64,000 nucleotides of DNA from Selaginella moellendorffii. Its lineage: Eukaryota > Plantae > Lycopodiophyta. The DNA lies in assembly GCF_000143415.4 (NCBI RefSeq), contig NW_003314375.1, positions 248,001-312,000 on the forward strand, read 5' to 3'. Positions within the stretch are counted from its first letter, which is position 1, and every line of letters starts with the position of its first letter. Below the pieces are notes generated by a model. The model was not told the origin of the DNA. It did no database searches and saw only the letters and a list, made by a program, of their open reading frames with translations. The position numbers and the translations under genes were made by a program. Shown piece by piece: positions 23,773 through 36,597 of this stretch.

Positions 23773-25146
23773 ATGCTAGGTTTTAGGCGCTCCGGCGATC
23801 GGTTCCAATGCGGCAAGGATTCCTCCATCCAGCAGCAGCTGCCGCGGTTGGGATCCACCTCGAACGAATGGACGCTGGCGAGCTCCGATTCTCGCAGAAT
23901 GAAGAAGGTTCTCGTCTCCGGCTTGCCCGACTTTCTCGATTCGGGTAAGTCCTCGCGCTAGCGATCTCTTCCGCACGGATATTTCGATCGATCGCCTCAA
24001 AAATCTCGCGTCTTTGCTCGCAGAGGGCCTGTTTTGCTTCTTCGAGCAGAATTTCGGCCCGGTCTTGGATGCTGTCGTGCTCCCATTCCATTCCGCCGAT
24101 GGCCAGCGAGGAAGATTTGGCGTCGTCACATTCAAGAACAAGAACGCGTTCCTCGAAGCTATCCGGATGAAGAGCGGCTACATCTTTGGGAAGAAGGTAC
24201 GCAGTCGAGTGAAATATGTCTCGAGCAAGCTTGATTCCTTTTCCATGCCTGCCAGGCGATGATCGACATCGTGGAGGCTCGCGTTTCCAGGGACTTGCTG
24301 CCACCAGCTGACGAGAATTCCAAGAGACAGTTTGGAGAAGACGCTCCTCCGGCAAGCCTCATGCATTCTCCTTCGCTTCCTCCCTGGGCTCAGAGGTTCC
24401 GGGACTGGCTGCCGGGTTTTCTAGCCGAGGTTTCCAAGCGTCTGGCGAAAGGCGAAGCTTATCCTCTTTGCTCGCTGAAAGGCGACTTCCGGGCAACTTG
24501 TGGGCTGGAGATGGATCACGCGTCACTTGGTTTCGAGAAACTGAGAGACTTCATCCGTGCGTGGCCAGAAATCTGTGAGCCGAAGCTTGTGCCAGTGGGA
24601 TCGGGCCCAGCGACACACATTGTTCTCGAGCGAGTGATGCCAGACACAGCAACAGAGATCCAGCAGCGGGAGCCGACTTTCGGATTGGGACCACAGACAC
24701 GCAGTGAGAGTGTGTTGCCAGCTACCGAGACTGTGATCCAGCAGCCAGACCCGGGGCCGTCACAGCCACCTCAAGCTCCACCAAGCGATGTTGTCCAGGG
24801 ATCGTTACTCAGCCGCAACGTTCTCCAGGATCTGTACAACGAGAACATCCCGACACTCCGCCGCAACGTGCTTCAGGATCTGCACAACGTGGAGAACGTC
24901 CCACCACCACCACCCAGCACCGGTACGATGCGCAACGTCTTTGACAACGTCGAGCACAACACTCTACCACCGAGCACCGGTGTACTGTGCAACATTTGCA
25001 AGGAGGAAGCGCTGTGGTCCGGCATTCCGTGCAGGCATCTTGTGCTCTGTGACTCCTGCAAGAAGTGCCTCGACAAGTGTGGTCAGACCCGGGGGATGTT
25101 TTGCCCCGTGTGCCATGATCCGGTCGAAAGCATGGTAAGCTTGTAA
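23773..25146 (+). CDS. RRM + OST-HTH/LOTUS + RING protein, copy 2 (3 exons)
   Basis: Paralog of 5961-7157 with the same intron positions, a longer linker with internal repeats, and CNIC...PCRHLVLCDSC...CPVC. Confidence 0.85.
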
Positions 25147-25204
25147 ATTCTGCTTCAAGTGTTTTTCTCACTATTACGTTGCTTTTACTAGGACATGCTG
25201 CGAT

Positions 25205-25470
25205 CGGCTGGCAAAGCGCCGAAGATGATACGTGAGGACGACGCTCCGGCAAGCCTCGAGGGACTTGAATTCGAGAAATTGAGTGCCTTCATCCGTGCTT
25301 GGCCAAAGTCGCAGCTTGTGCCAGTGGGACCGGGACCAGCGATCGATCGTGTGCTCCCAGACACAGCACCGAAGATCCACCAGCCTGAGACTCCAGCTCC
25401 GCCGGCCTACATGCTCCGCCGCCAGTCCGCATAGAGTGCTTCCACCATCTCTCACCGAAGGCCCGGTACT
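25205..25470 (+). pseudogene. Internally deleted tandem remnant of the LOTUS exon
   Basis: EDDAPASL//LEFEKLSAFIRAWPK..LVPVGPGPA..RVLPDTA matches 24337-24660 with deletions. Confidence 0.75.
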
Positions 25471-25849
25471 CTTTTAGTTTTCTGCTTTGTTGATACTTTC
25501 GATCGATTTTGCTGTACAGAGTTAGAGCTAGTCGAGACAATTTCGTTTCTGACGAGGAAGTGTACATTCGTATTCGTGGTCCATGAAAGTGTTCTTTTCC
25601 GCAAGAACTCAAGTCTCGATCTTCATAAAGGTAGTTTGGTCTCTTTTTCTTTCTAGCACGTTCTTCGTGCGAACGTTCTGAACGGCGGTGATCACGCCAT
25701 ATGGACCAAAAGCTGACGGCTCAGATGCTCTCTATCTTACGAACCTAGGGATCCACTCACTTCCGGCTTGCTGCTCACACTTGCGAGCGTTGGCGATGGC
25801 GGTTCCAACGCTCGAGGTAAATATTTAATCCATTATAGCAGCAGTAGCT

Positions 25850-27182
25850 ATGGCGAAGAGCTTAGTTAGCGCCAATGCAAGACTAGCAGTAGAGCAGGCT
25901 GATAGAAAGGCAGGGAGCAGCGCTCATCGCTGTTCTAGCAGCAAGCCTTCTAGCATAGAGCGGATTAGAGGACCCGGGGCAGTGCATTTCGAGTTGGGAT
26001 ATGGCAGGAAGCCGGTGCTATCGACGACGAATCCGCTTCCGCTACTCCATTGGTCATCGAAGTGGCTCCCTCGGACTCCATTGAATCGTCTCCACGCGGA
26101 CTACTTGTTAACTTGCAGCTCCAATGCCGTCTCCAGTGACGATTCCAAGGCCGTCTCTGAAGATGGTGAGGGTGATGGCTTAAGTTCTAGCTCTTCCAGC
26201 AGGAAAGTTGTAGAGGAAGGAGGAGAAGTTTCTAGCAGTGGTCGTGGTGGGGAGGGAGGGAGGAAGGAGGAGGAGGAGTCATCCAAGTTTCGCTGGATGC
26301 CTGAGTGGCTCAACCTTACAAAAGACGATGCCAAGACGATCGTGATTGCGTTTCTAGCGTCGATGCTGTTTCGGTGGTATGTTGCGGAGCCGAGGCTTAT
26401 TCCATCGTTGTCGATGTATCCTACTTTTGAGGTTGGAGATAGAGTGGTCGCTGAAAAGGTACAGGCATTTTTTTCCCCCTTTGTTTTCTTTCGTGCGTGA
26501 CTCCTCTCTTGTTGCAGGTCTCGTACTACTTTAGAAGTCCAGACGTAAACGACATTGTCATCTTCAAAGCTCCGGATGTTCTCCAAGTGAGTGTGTCGAT
26601 GGGAGATATTGTTTGTGCTGAGGCGGGTTTCGCTTTTTGTTTTCCACAGGCCAGGGGCTACAGTGCTGGAGACGTTTTCATCAAAAGAGTCGTGGCTAAA
26701 GAAGGAGATGTTGTAGAGGTAATCAAACGCTACTGCGCAAGAAGTGTTAAAACATTTGTTTTCTTTCGTGACAGGTTCGCAATGGAAGGCTTGTCTTGAA
26801 CGGAGTGGAAAGAATGGAGAGTTTCATTGCCGAGCCACCCGATTATGACATGCCTCCAGTCGTAAGCATTCCTTGTATTCTAAAGCTAAACTCCTCGCTT
26901 ACGTTTGCTTGCCAAACTGCAGACCGTTCCCGAAGGCTACGTTTTTGTCATGGGCGATAACAGAAACAATAGCTACGATTCTCATATCTGGTAAATCTCT
27001 TTCATTTCAGCGTTTTCTCGATGTTGAGACTCGCTCGCTCTTTCAGGGGACCTCTCCCGGTTAAAAACATCATAGGAAGATCGGTGCTAAGATACTGGCC
27101 GCCAACGAGGCTGGGCAGCACAGTACTGGAGGAAGCGCCACAACTGTCGTCACATCGTGCGTTGTTAGAGAGCTCAAGTTGA
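25850..27182 (+). CDS. PLSP1: Plastidic type I signal peptidase / thylakoid processing peptidase
   Basis: [36 protein letters not shown] (catalytic Ser), VFIKRVVA (catalytic Lys), [33 protein letters not shown]. Confidence 0.93.
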
Positions 27183-27344
27183 AAGCTCCGTATCGACACT
27201 ATCTCTTTTTTTGTTCGAGGGGCTCACTTGCGATTAATTTAAGCAATGCCGGAAGCAATCGCGTTTGTTTTGTGAGCAATTGGCGAGAAAACAATTCTAA
27301 TATCTGATAGAGAGACTAATCAAAGGTTTCTTTCACTGTCAAGC

Positions 27345-27660
27345 TCACGGCATCAGCGGTCTAATTGCACTGAGGGTTATGTTGATCCCGCAGTTCAACG
27401 CTTTGCGATTACTATTACCTTGCAACTAGACTGTCTTCCATGTATGATCTTCCCAGCATGGGCGACTTTGAGAATGCTAAGCTGCTGAGTTTCAATTGCG
27501 AGGATACTCCGGCGAGCTCCTGGTCTCGAGGATCACGATCCGTAATACAGCTTCCACGAGAAGAACTGCTCGAAGTATGTGATGAACACCAAGAAGCTGC
27601 TAATGAGGTGGTCGTGGTTGTGATCACTATAGAGCATTTCAAGATGGTTACGAGTGGCCA
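27345..27660 (+). pseudogene. Fragment homologous to the 39.2-40.0 kb permuted-papain-like pseudogene
   Basis: GDFENAKLLSFNCEDTP...EDHDP*YSFHEKNC.KYVM..KKLLM parallels GDFTNAKLLNFDCEDTP...EDHDPQYSLHDKNCWEYAM. Confidence 0.7.
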
Positions 27661-27889
27661 CAATGGTGGTTGCCAAAGTTGCCATTTCTGCTCTTGGTGG
27701 TTGTTCTGTATTACTTGCTGATTAGCCTCATGGTTCTTCAAGTTGGCAGGCAATAATTGTACAACGTCCATTCGTCTTGAAACTTGACTCAGCAAAGTAT
27801 GAGCTAACCTTCCAACATGAAAGAATTGAATAATAAATAATTATTATAGAAATTTTCCACAGTGCTGGATGCTGCATTGCAACTCATAC

Positions 27890-28090
27890 AATCAATGCCT
27901 TTCGAGCCATCCATTGCCTCAAAAATATCTTGATCCATATGGAAGCAAGTAGAAACCCATTCTCTAGAAAGTGGGAAATAACATTCAGGGTGCTGAACTG
28001 AAGTAATTGTACATGAGCACAGGAATCCTCCATGTACAGCAGCATTGGCACAAGTTCCTCCTTTCTTGCAGGGTCCATATGAGAATACAT
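27890..28090 (-). pseudogene. Myb/SANT-family fragment
   Basis: Reverse complement contains GGAGGATTCCTGTGCTCATGTAC, TTTCCCACTTTCTAGA and ATATTTTTGAGGCAATGGATG, shared with the 8.9 and 16.5 kb copies. Confidence 0.65.
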
Positions 28091-28221
28091 TACAAATATT
28101 TAATGCCTAAGTTTTTTTTATCTTTTAGAAGTTGTGAAAATACAAATATTTTAAACAGATACCATCTAATTTAATTAAATTAATCTTGTATTATAATTTA
28201 TAAACTTTTATAAACACTTTT

Positions 28222-31200
28222 TGTGAGGGCCAAATGTACGGTTACGATGCCATATATTAATATTAGCATAATGGGATTTTGGTAGCCATCGAATTGGTTT
28301 CAATTCGGACCACTCACTCTTGTGTATAAGCTAAGGTTTTTAGGTTAATTGATATGCACATTTTTTATATTCCCTTTCTATATTCCAAGCACTTACATTG
28401 GTGGAGGTGAGAGGCACCTTTGATTGTCCTTGAAAAGTGCTTGAATTTGGGATTTTGGTTTAGATCTAACTTCTGTATCATTTAAATCTAGTTTTTTCCA
28501 TTTCTTCTCTTTTGTTCTTCCCTTTCAGGATTTTGGTTTAAATCTAACTTTTTGCATTGTCTAGATCTCCCATTTCCTTCTCACTTTTTGTCGTTTCTCT
28601 TCTTTTGCTCTTTCTTCGTCCCTTTTCATAGCAGATCAGCAATCTCCTCCTTTGACTTTGGAGCAACAATTGATACAATTGCTTGATGCTATGCATTTGC
28701 AATTGACTAACCAAACTTAGTTGATAGCGGCGTTCATGGCACATGGTACAATTCCTCCTGCTCTTGGTGCTAATCCTCGCATTCAGCCGGAGTTCTTTCG
28801 CGGGAATCCTGGGGATGATGTGTACTATTGGTTCGATTACTTCACGGTGATTGCCACATATCATTCTTGGGATGATGTTTGACGTTTGCATGAGTTTCCC
28901 ACGTGTCTCCAAGGGACGGCATTGCAATAGTACAATGGTCTAAGCACAGCCACTCGTGGGGATTAGAGTGTTCTCCTGGATGTCTTCAAACGTGCTTTTG
29001 AACATGCCGACGACTATGATGATGCCTTCCAACAATTGCATCGTCTTTGCCAATGTCCATTTGAGTCGGTGATGCAATTTGGCATTTGTTTCCGAAGTCT
29101 TTTGCTTCGTGCGGAGCCAAATATGTCGAAGCGGATCAAATTAAGAATGTTATGGCTAGCACTTCATCAAGATTTTGTCGAACTTGTGCATGCACTTGCT
29201 CCTGTGACCCTTGATGATGCCCTTTGCCTGGCACAATGTTATGAGACATCGCTTCTTCCACTTCTTGCTGCCCGTCCTTCACCTCCCCTTCCTGTGGGTG
29301 ATGGTCCTATTCCAATGGAGGTTGATGCTGCTGCTGCTCGAGTCCAAGGACAAGGGCGAGGACGTGGTTGTGGCCGTGATGTTTGCTGCTGGGCGTGTGA
29401 TGAAGTTAGTCATACTTATTAGCGCTGTCGGCGTTTTCCGGATTGGCGACCTCCATTTCTTGGGTGGAGACCTTAGCATTAGCAATGTCCTGTTGGTGCT
29501 GCTGCAGTGGAAGGTTTGGACACTGAGATGCATCCGAGAAATGAGGAGTTGCACAAGTAACAAAGGAACTTTGCGCGAATAAGTCAATGACCCCTCCATC
29601 TTTCTTTCGGGAGTATCATCAAAGGGTTCACTCGGCACCGGTTCATCCAGTGTTTACTTTCCAAACTCATTTATATAACAAGAGGTCTCTTATTATTCTC
29701 TCCGTGTTAGTTGATACAAGTTCGAGTTTATCTTCTATTGCTCAACTTATTGCCACACATTGCCATCTACACTTACATTGTGTGATGGAACCAGTTTTCA
29801 TTCTTTATGGCAACGGCCGTACACATGCATGTGCACGGGATGAGGCGGACCTGGTTGTGTGTGTAGGCAATCTTGAGCTTGAGTTGTAGTCATTACGGGT
29901 GGTGCTGAGTCAAGCTTTTGACCTCATTCTTGGTATGGATTAATTGCAGCACAATCATGCTAAGTGTGACTTTGAGGCTTCTCCCCTTTGTCTCATACTT
30001 CCTTATGCTTCATCCATTCCTTTCACTTTTATACCTCTTCATCCCTCTATTTCTACCTCTGCTTCCATTACTTTTGTTCCCCCACTATTTCCTCCTATGT
30101 TTTCGTCTTGTTTTGCTCTTCCCTTTTTCAATCCCTTCGACAGTCTTTGTGTTGTAGCATTTGACCAGCTCATGAAAGAGTATTCTGATCTCTTTGAATT
30201 TGACCTATCGTATGAGGCCAAAATTGCCACACATCATCCGATTCCAACCAAGGATGCTTGTCCAATCAAGGTTCTTGTTCGTCATCGGTCACCTAAGGAA
30301 ATCAAGATTTTACATACTAACGTCAAAGAGATGTTGGAGAAGGGTGTTATTCAGAAGTTATGGAGTCCTTGGGCATGTGAACCTCATCTTGTGACAAAGT
30401 CTGATGGGAGTATTCGTTTCTGCATCGACTATCATCCGTTAAACAAAGTGACGATCCCAGATGTGTACCCTCTTCCTCACACTGCTGATCTTTTGGATCG
30501 TCTAAGGCGAAGTCGTTAGCTCACCAAGCTAGATCTTGCTTCTGGGTACTGGCAAGTACCTATGGCCGAAGAAGATATTCCCAAGACTGCTTTTTGTACA
30601 CCGTTTAATTTGTACGAGTTCTTGGTGATGTCGTTTGGTTTGAATAATACTTCAGCAACTTTCCAACAGATGATGGACGAGGTCCTTTGCGATATGCCAA
30701 AGGTCACTGTTGACTTCATTGATGATGTCTTGATCCACTCGGAGGGGACATGAGAGGAGCACGTTCATGATGTTTGTAAAGTGTTGGATCAACTATGCGA
30801 CGTTAGTTTAAAGTTGAAGCAATCAAAGTGCATGTTTGGGTCTAAGGACACAACTTATCTTATGTACCATATTTCTCATAAGGGTTTGTAAGTTGATCCT
30901 GACAAACTTGTGACTATTCTAAAGTTCCCTACTCTGAAGTGTGTGAATGATGTGCAGCACTTCTTGGGCAAGGTGTAGTATCTCGGTCATTTTGTGGATC
31001 ATCTTTCTGATCGCACTGCACCAATGCGAGCGTTGTTGAAGTCATAACGTCATCTTTCATCTAGTCTCCAAATTGTGAGCGGACGTTCGTGGATCTCAAA
31101 GAGCTATTAACGACTCTTCTAGTTTTGGCATATTCTGACTACACTCGACCTTTTATTTTGCTCATGGATGTTTCTGACATTGGTCTTGGAGGTGTGTTGA

Positions 31201-33293
31201 TACAAGAGAGCTCAAGTGTGCCTGGACAGCACCATCCCATTGCGTATATAAGCCGTACATTACAACTAGTGGAGATGAACTACTCCATGATAGAGAAGGA
31301 GTATTTAGTAGCAATCTAGGGTTTCGAGAAACTTCATGCATATCTATATGGTTCTTGAACGTTACTTGAAGGTGATTATGCTGCTGTTACTTCATTATTG
31401 AAGTGGAAGAACCTCACGGCCCACCCTTTTTGAAGTTATCACCTTCAACTAGGGTATTTGTTCCCCCGACTTGCCAACCTCACTTGGGGTTGGTCGTACT
31501 GCTTGATGGGCTTTGAAGCTTCAAATATATGATTTTGATGTTGTTCATCGCCCAGGGAGTTTTATGGCTGATGCTAATGCCCTTTCTCGAGCTCCTTTTC
31601 CTTCTCCACTCTTTTCTCAAGTATATTATTCCAACCTCTATGGATTTTCTAGACAAGGATTTTGTGCCATCAGCAATTGCTATATTTGACGTTCAATGTC
31701 CACAAGGTGCAGAGCAAGATCTACCTTCTCTTGATGAGGTTCGTGAGGCTTAAAAGATTGAGCCGTGGATTCGAAGGCTTCGAGATGGGTTTGAGAATCC
31801 TGCATCACTTGCTAATGATTTGCCTTTCCGGCATTTACATTCTCAATATCACCTTGAAGATGGCCTTCTTTATTTTGTGGGGATGAATCCTAATGATCAT
31901 TTACAACTGGTGGTGCCTTCTATCTTTATTCTGCGGTTTTTCCATGCCTACCATGATTCTCCTGTTCTAGGTGGGCATATGGGACATTGTCGTGTAACCG
32001 AGAAGCTTCATAGGTCTTTCTATTGGCCGAAGATGCGACGTGATATTATCCAGTATGTACGTAGCTGTGTTTGGTGCCAAGCTCGTAATGCTCCCCCTCG
32101 GGCTATGGAAGGACGGTTGAAGTCAATTGCAGTTTCCTATTTGTTTGAATTGGTGGTGTTTGATTTTATGGGACTTTTTCTACGGTCGACTGCTGGCAAT
32201 GAGTATGTTATTATTGCTTCTGACTACTTGACTCGTTGGGTGCAAATTGGTGCTCTTGTTAGTGCCTCTGCAACTGCTGTTGGATACTTCCTCCTCAATC
32301 GAGTGGTGTTCCAGCATTCTTTTCTAGAGCGGATTCTTTCAAATAATGGTCCCGCATTTATGGCTAAGGCATTTCATGTTTTGACATCTCAATTAGGGAT
32401 ATGCCACACTTTTAGGAGTGCTTATCATCCACAATCAGACGGTCTAGTGAAACGGCTCATTCAGACATTCAAAGGGATGATTGTGAAGTATGTGAACTTT
32501 TAGCATTCGGATTGGGATGGCTATTTGTCATCTCTTCGGTATGCGTATGTCACAGGGGTTCAGAGTTCTGTTGGTGCTTCACCATATAAACTCCTATATG
32601 GTCATGATCCAATATTACCAACAAAGCTGGGTTTACCTTCGTGATTGCCACGAGTTGCCGATGCTAAGTTGTGGGATCAATATTTGATAAGCATTCTTCC
32701 ACTTGTCCAAGCAGAGTCTGCCGAACACTTAGGCCCCGTACAAGTGGGACAACAACAGTGCTACAACTCCCATTATCGTCCACCTGCGGAGTACAAAGTG
32801 GATGATTTGGTGTTAATCCGTTTTCCCCATCTTACGGTACGTGGTTTATCTAAGGGGCTCCTTGTGCAGTGGAAAGGACTGTATCGTGTGTTATGGCGAG
32901 TTGGACCACAAGTTTATGAAGTTCGGCATGACGTTCAACAGGTTGATCCTCCAGAGATTGTGCATGTGCAGCGGTTTAAACTCTTCTTACAAAGGGATCT
33001 AGAGCAGTTAATACCACCTACAGATCCGCCGATGCCTCCTCTTGACATTCCTCCAGATCCCGGCCTATATACAAGAAAACCCTGATGGTCTTCCATTATT
33101 TCGAGAGGAGGGGTTGATGTGATGGCCAAATGTATAGCTATGATGCCATATACTAATATTAGCGTAATGTGATTTTGGTAGCCGTCGGATTGGTTTCAAT
33201 CCGGACCACTCACTCCTGTATATAAGTTAGGATTTTTGGGCTAATTGATATGTACATTTTCTGCATTCCCTTTCCATATTCCAAGCATTCACA
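28222..33293 (+). mobile_element. Full-length degenerate Ty3/gypsy LTR retrotransposon (about 5.07 kb)
   Basis: 176-bp LTRs 28222-28397 and 33118-33293 (TG...CA); PBS-like TGGTGGAGGTG; PPT GAGAGGAGGGG. Gag PIPMEVD plus CWACDEVSH knuckle, protease VLVDTS, RT DLASGYWQV and FIDD, RNase H DVSDIGLGGVL, integrase HDS..GGH..CVWC, DFMG and YHPQSDG, in RT-RH-IN order with many stops. Confidence 0.95.
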
Positions 33294-34269
33294 TTTTGAA
33301 ATTTATTCTATTGATATGTAATAAGATTAATTTTGTATTTAAAAATTATAAATATGTTTATATGGATATGGGAATAGGTATATTAATTACATAAGAATGA
33401 ATGGACTAGATTCTGTCCCAAATGGATGGTTTACTATAGTACTGTAATTAGCATGTTATTCTTGTTGTGTTACAAAAACTTGAAGTTCCCACAAAATTAT
33501 TAATGTAGTTATTGACAACCATAACTGAAAGAAGTCTAAAGTTATGATATATAAACATTAGTCAATTACAAAATCTTGATGAACCATTTACAACTCTGTA
33601 TGCAATTACAAAATATTCAAACCAACTTTTAAGTGATAACTTTAAACCAAAGAAAAAGACTTTTTTAAAAGCCACTACAATCTATTAAAGTCATTGCAAT
33701 AAATAATACATCCCATTTTTAAGTTTGTTTATTTATAATCCTTTAAGACCACTATTAATTAAGACTCATGACTATAAATAAAAGTTACCTCCATGCTTTC
33801 CTTTCAATCAACATCTGGGATTTGTGTTAACTTTGGCTTATGATTTTTTATTCTTGTCCTCAAACATGGACAGTCAAACTCACTTCATTCATCTTTCACA
33901 TCCTTCTAAAATTTTGTAAACCATGTTTCCACACAAGATCTCACTCCTATAGTCAAATGTTAAATTAAAAATATATTTTTCTAATATACTAATTATATAC
34001 TTATTCACATATGCACCTTCTACAGGCCCTATTGGTAAGAGGAAATAAATATAGGAGATTTGACTAAATGTTTTTATTCCATATTCATTCTTAAGAACAT
34101 ATGACTTGCCATACTTGAAAAGCAGAGCCACCTAATTATGTCATAAAGATGCCTAGATTAATCTAAAATGACTAACAAATGTTAGAATATTTTAAAATAT
34201 TTTAAATATATTACCATAATAAGTTTAGTTAAGCAAACAAAAAACTAATAACACAAAGTTTGTAAATTT

Positions 34270-35090
34270 GATTCTCCAATTTTGAGGTTGGAGCAAATGT
34301 ATGCAGACTCTTCTTCCAAATGACCACAATACTCCCATTTCTTCTCCACCAGATTAGAACACAAAATTACCCATACAGCTGGAGACAACGATCACATCAT
34401 CCACAAGATGAGCCATCCATTCTTCACCTCCCATGTTGATATCACGAGGTGGCCACTCGTATTTCCCGGATGCGACCATGGCTGAGTGTGAGCCATCCTC
34501 ATCCGTCTCTAGCCAGCACGCTTGTACCAGTAAAATCCTCACACAATACCTCCCAGTAGGCGAATGGATCCTGGCTCACCACTTGCCGACTCCATTGCAT
34601 GGTGTTCAGATCATAGAAGCGATCCTCTCCCTCACTGTAGCCAGGATTGGACAAGTCGTGGATTCCCCCAGCTTCCGGAGCCAGAATTGTACCGGAGAAG
34701 GTAGACAACAAACTCCCGAAACACTCCCTACCATCACTGTCTTGGTGTTGAGCACGGCAATCCGATAAATCCCTGTCTCAGGATCCACATATCGTCTCAA
34801 TGCTATCAACTTCCTCAACAGAGCATCTTCCAAACTGTTTGTGAGCGGATTGCCCACAGCCAGAGACCGTGAGCGAGCACTTCTCCATTCCGGCCACCCA
34901 TCCATTTGCCGTGAAATGGCTCGCAAACATTGTAGACAGGCGGGCGAGAGGCAGAGAAGTGGGCTCGAACGGTCCCAGAGAACATACAAAAGAATGCAGT
35001 ACCAGGAGCGGCGCCACCACTCGCATCCACATCGAGTCGCAGGAAGATGCTCATGAACAATTCCTGGTACGCCTGCTTCATCAAGTTATC
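34270..35090 (-). pseudogene. F-box family pseudogene
   Basis: ELFMSIFLRLDV, FTANGWV, SRSLAVGNPLTNS, DPETGIYRIAVLN, FYDLNTMQW, EEWMAHLVDDVIVVSS across several frames. Confidence 0.75.
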
Positions 35091-35782
35091 TATCTAATAT
35101 AGCTGACAACAGAATACGGCCCTGTTGGTTCGATCACTCGACTTTTGGGGCACAAATCACGTTGACGCTGCCACGTCATTCTACGGACGATAGTGACTCG
35201 GGCAGTGATGTGGATTAGAAGGCGATCGCGAAGAAGATGTCGTCCTCGCCAGATAGCACTGCCTTGAACACCAACAGGTGACACATGTAGCTTCATGGAC
35301 ACCTGCTGTGTTTATACATGGGCTGATGGCAGCGCATGCACTTCCTTATCACTTTCATCGACCTCATCATTCTGAGCTTTGATTGGATCTTAGATGTTTG
35401 TTGTGATAAGCTGGAACTTTTACTCTGTGAGTTGTGTTTATACGGTTGCTGTTCTTGCTGTCCAGATCTGCGAGCTTGCGCATCCTATATGGAGCTGCAT
35501 CCCTCGTTTGTTCATCTTATTGTAGGCTCGACCTGGTTGGGAGTCTCACTGACAGAGCAAAGAAACTGTAAACTAAGAGCGCAAGATTCCCAGCGCTTAC
35601 TTGATTGCTCTTTCCACTTTGGTTCTCAACAAATTGTTGCTGTTTTTATTTCCTGATACACGCATGGGAGTCTAGAACCTCGGATAGCAAAGAAACGACC
35701 GAAGAATAGTTTGTCTTCCAAGCTCAGACATACCGTCCTATATATATATTTCTAGTTTTTCTTGAGAAGATTTAAAGTGCGC

Positions 35783-36166
35783 TTAGCAACCAGTGACATA
35801 ATCCGCCTTGAACTGGCAGCCGTCATTGTAAGTCTTGATACCACACTTGGCACAGTTGCGAGCACGGAGTTCGTCAAAGGCAGTGATCATCTCGGAGCCA
35901 TTGAGGTCGCAGTTGGAGCCAGAGACAAAGAGGCCACAGTGGCCGGAGCAGACGCTGCTGGAGCCTTTGTTGCTGCCGATGAAGTAGCGGTTGCTAGGCT
36001 GAATCTGGCGGCAAGCAGCATCACAGTCGCTCTGTGCGAGGTCCCTGCACAGTGTAGAGCCAGCGCACGAGTAGGAGTCCTGAGCATGACAGCCCCGCAA
36101 CAACATGATGATCATGACATTCACAAGTAAGACATTGAGAGCTAGCGCCATGTTCATCGACTTCAT
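35783..36166 (-). CDS. Secreted KP4 killer-toxin-like protein, copy A (intronless, 127 aa)
   Basis: Signal peptide, then SCAGSTLC...GSEMITAFDELRARNCAKCG...FKADYVTGC, paralleling KP4 NCRGSSQC...GTEACRHLTNLVNHGCRVCG...LTVNYVNSC (KP4 sequence recalled from memory). Carries 11 mature Cys. Confidence 0.8.
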   Translation of the reverse strand: MKSMNMALALNVLLVNVMIIMLLRGCHAQDSYSCAGSTLCRDLAQSDCDAACRQIQPSNRYFIGSNKGSSSVCSGHCGLFVSGSNCDLNGSEMITAFDELRARNCAKCGIKTYNDGCQFKADYVTGC

Positions 36167-36420
36167 GGTTACTAAGTTACTATGTATCTCCAATTTGCAC
36201 GAGTAGCTAACATAAAGCTCAGCCCCTGGTTTGGATATAAGAGATCTAAGGGAGGAGATGCAAGGCAAAAAGAGCAAATGTGAGTCATTAATGCAAGTAA
36301 CAAACTAATATTGATATTAGTTATTTTCCTACAGAACAATTTTGAAAATTTCACATTTAATAGCACATAAACCCAATCCCCACATTAAAATCTAACAAGT
36401 AAAAGTATAACACATCGGAT

Positions 36421-36458
<38 letters not shown>
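36421..36458 (+). repeat. (CT)n microsatellite
   Basis: Visible dinucleotide run. Confidence 0.9.
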
Positions 36459-36461
<3 letters not shown>

Positions 36462-36597
36462 ATTCACATAAGCGGCAAAGAAATAGTTATTAGAGAAAGT
36501 CCACAAGCACATGAGAGGAAGGATCAAATGTGGCAAGAAAGACAAACCGGGAGACCATTTAAATACGAAAGATTCGGTTTGGGCGAGTCGCATAGCA

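Noticed and set aside
33889-34131. 80-aa ORF with faint copia gag-like wording
   Set aside because: Too degenerate to assign by eye.
35783-36277. Longer N-termini for the KP4-like ORFs in the track (also 41356)
   Set aside because: They rely on non-ATG starts. The shared ATG in AACCATGAAG precedes the signal peptide in both copies, and in copy B the extension overlaps the TATA box.
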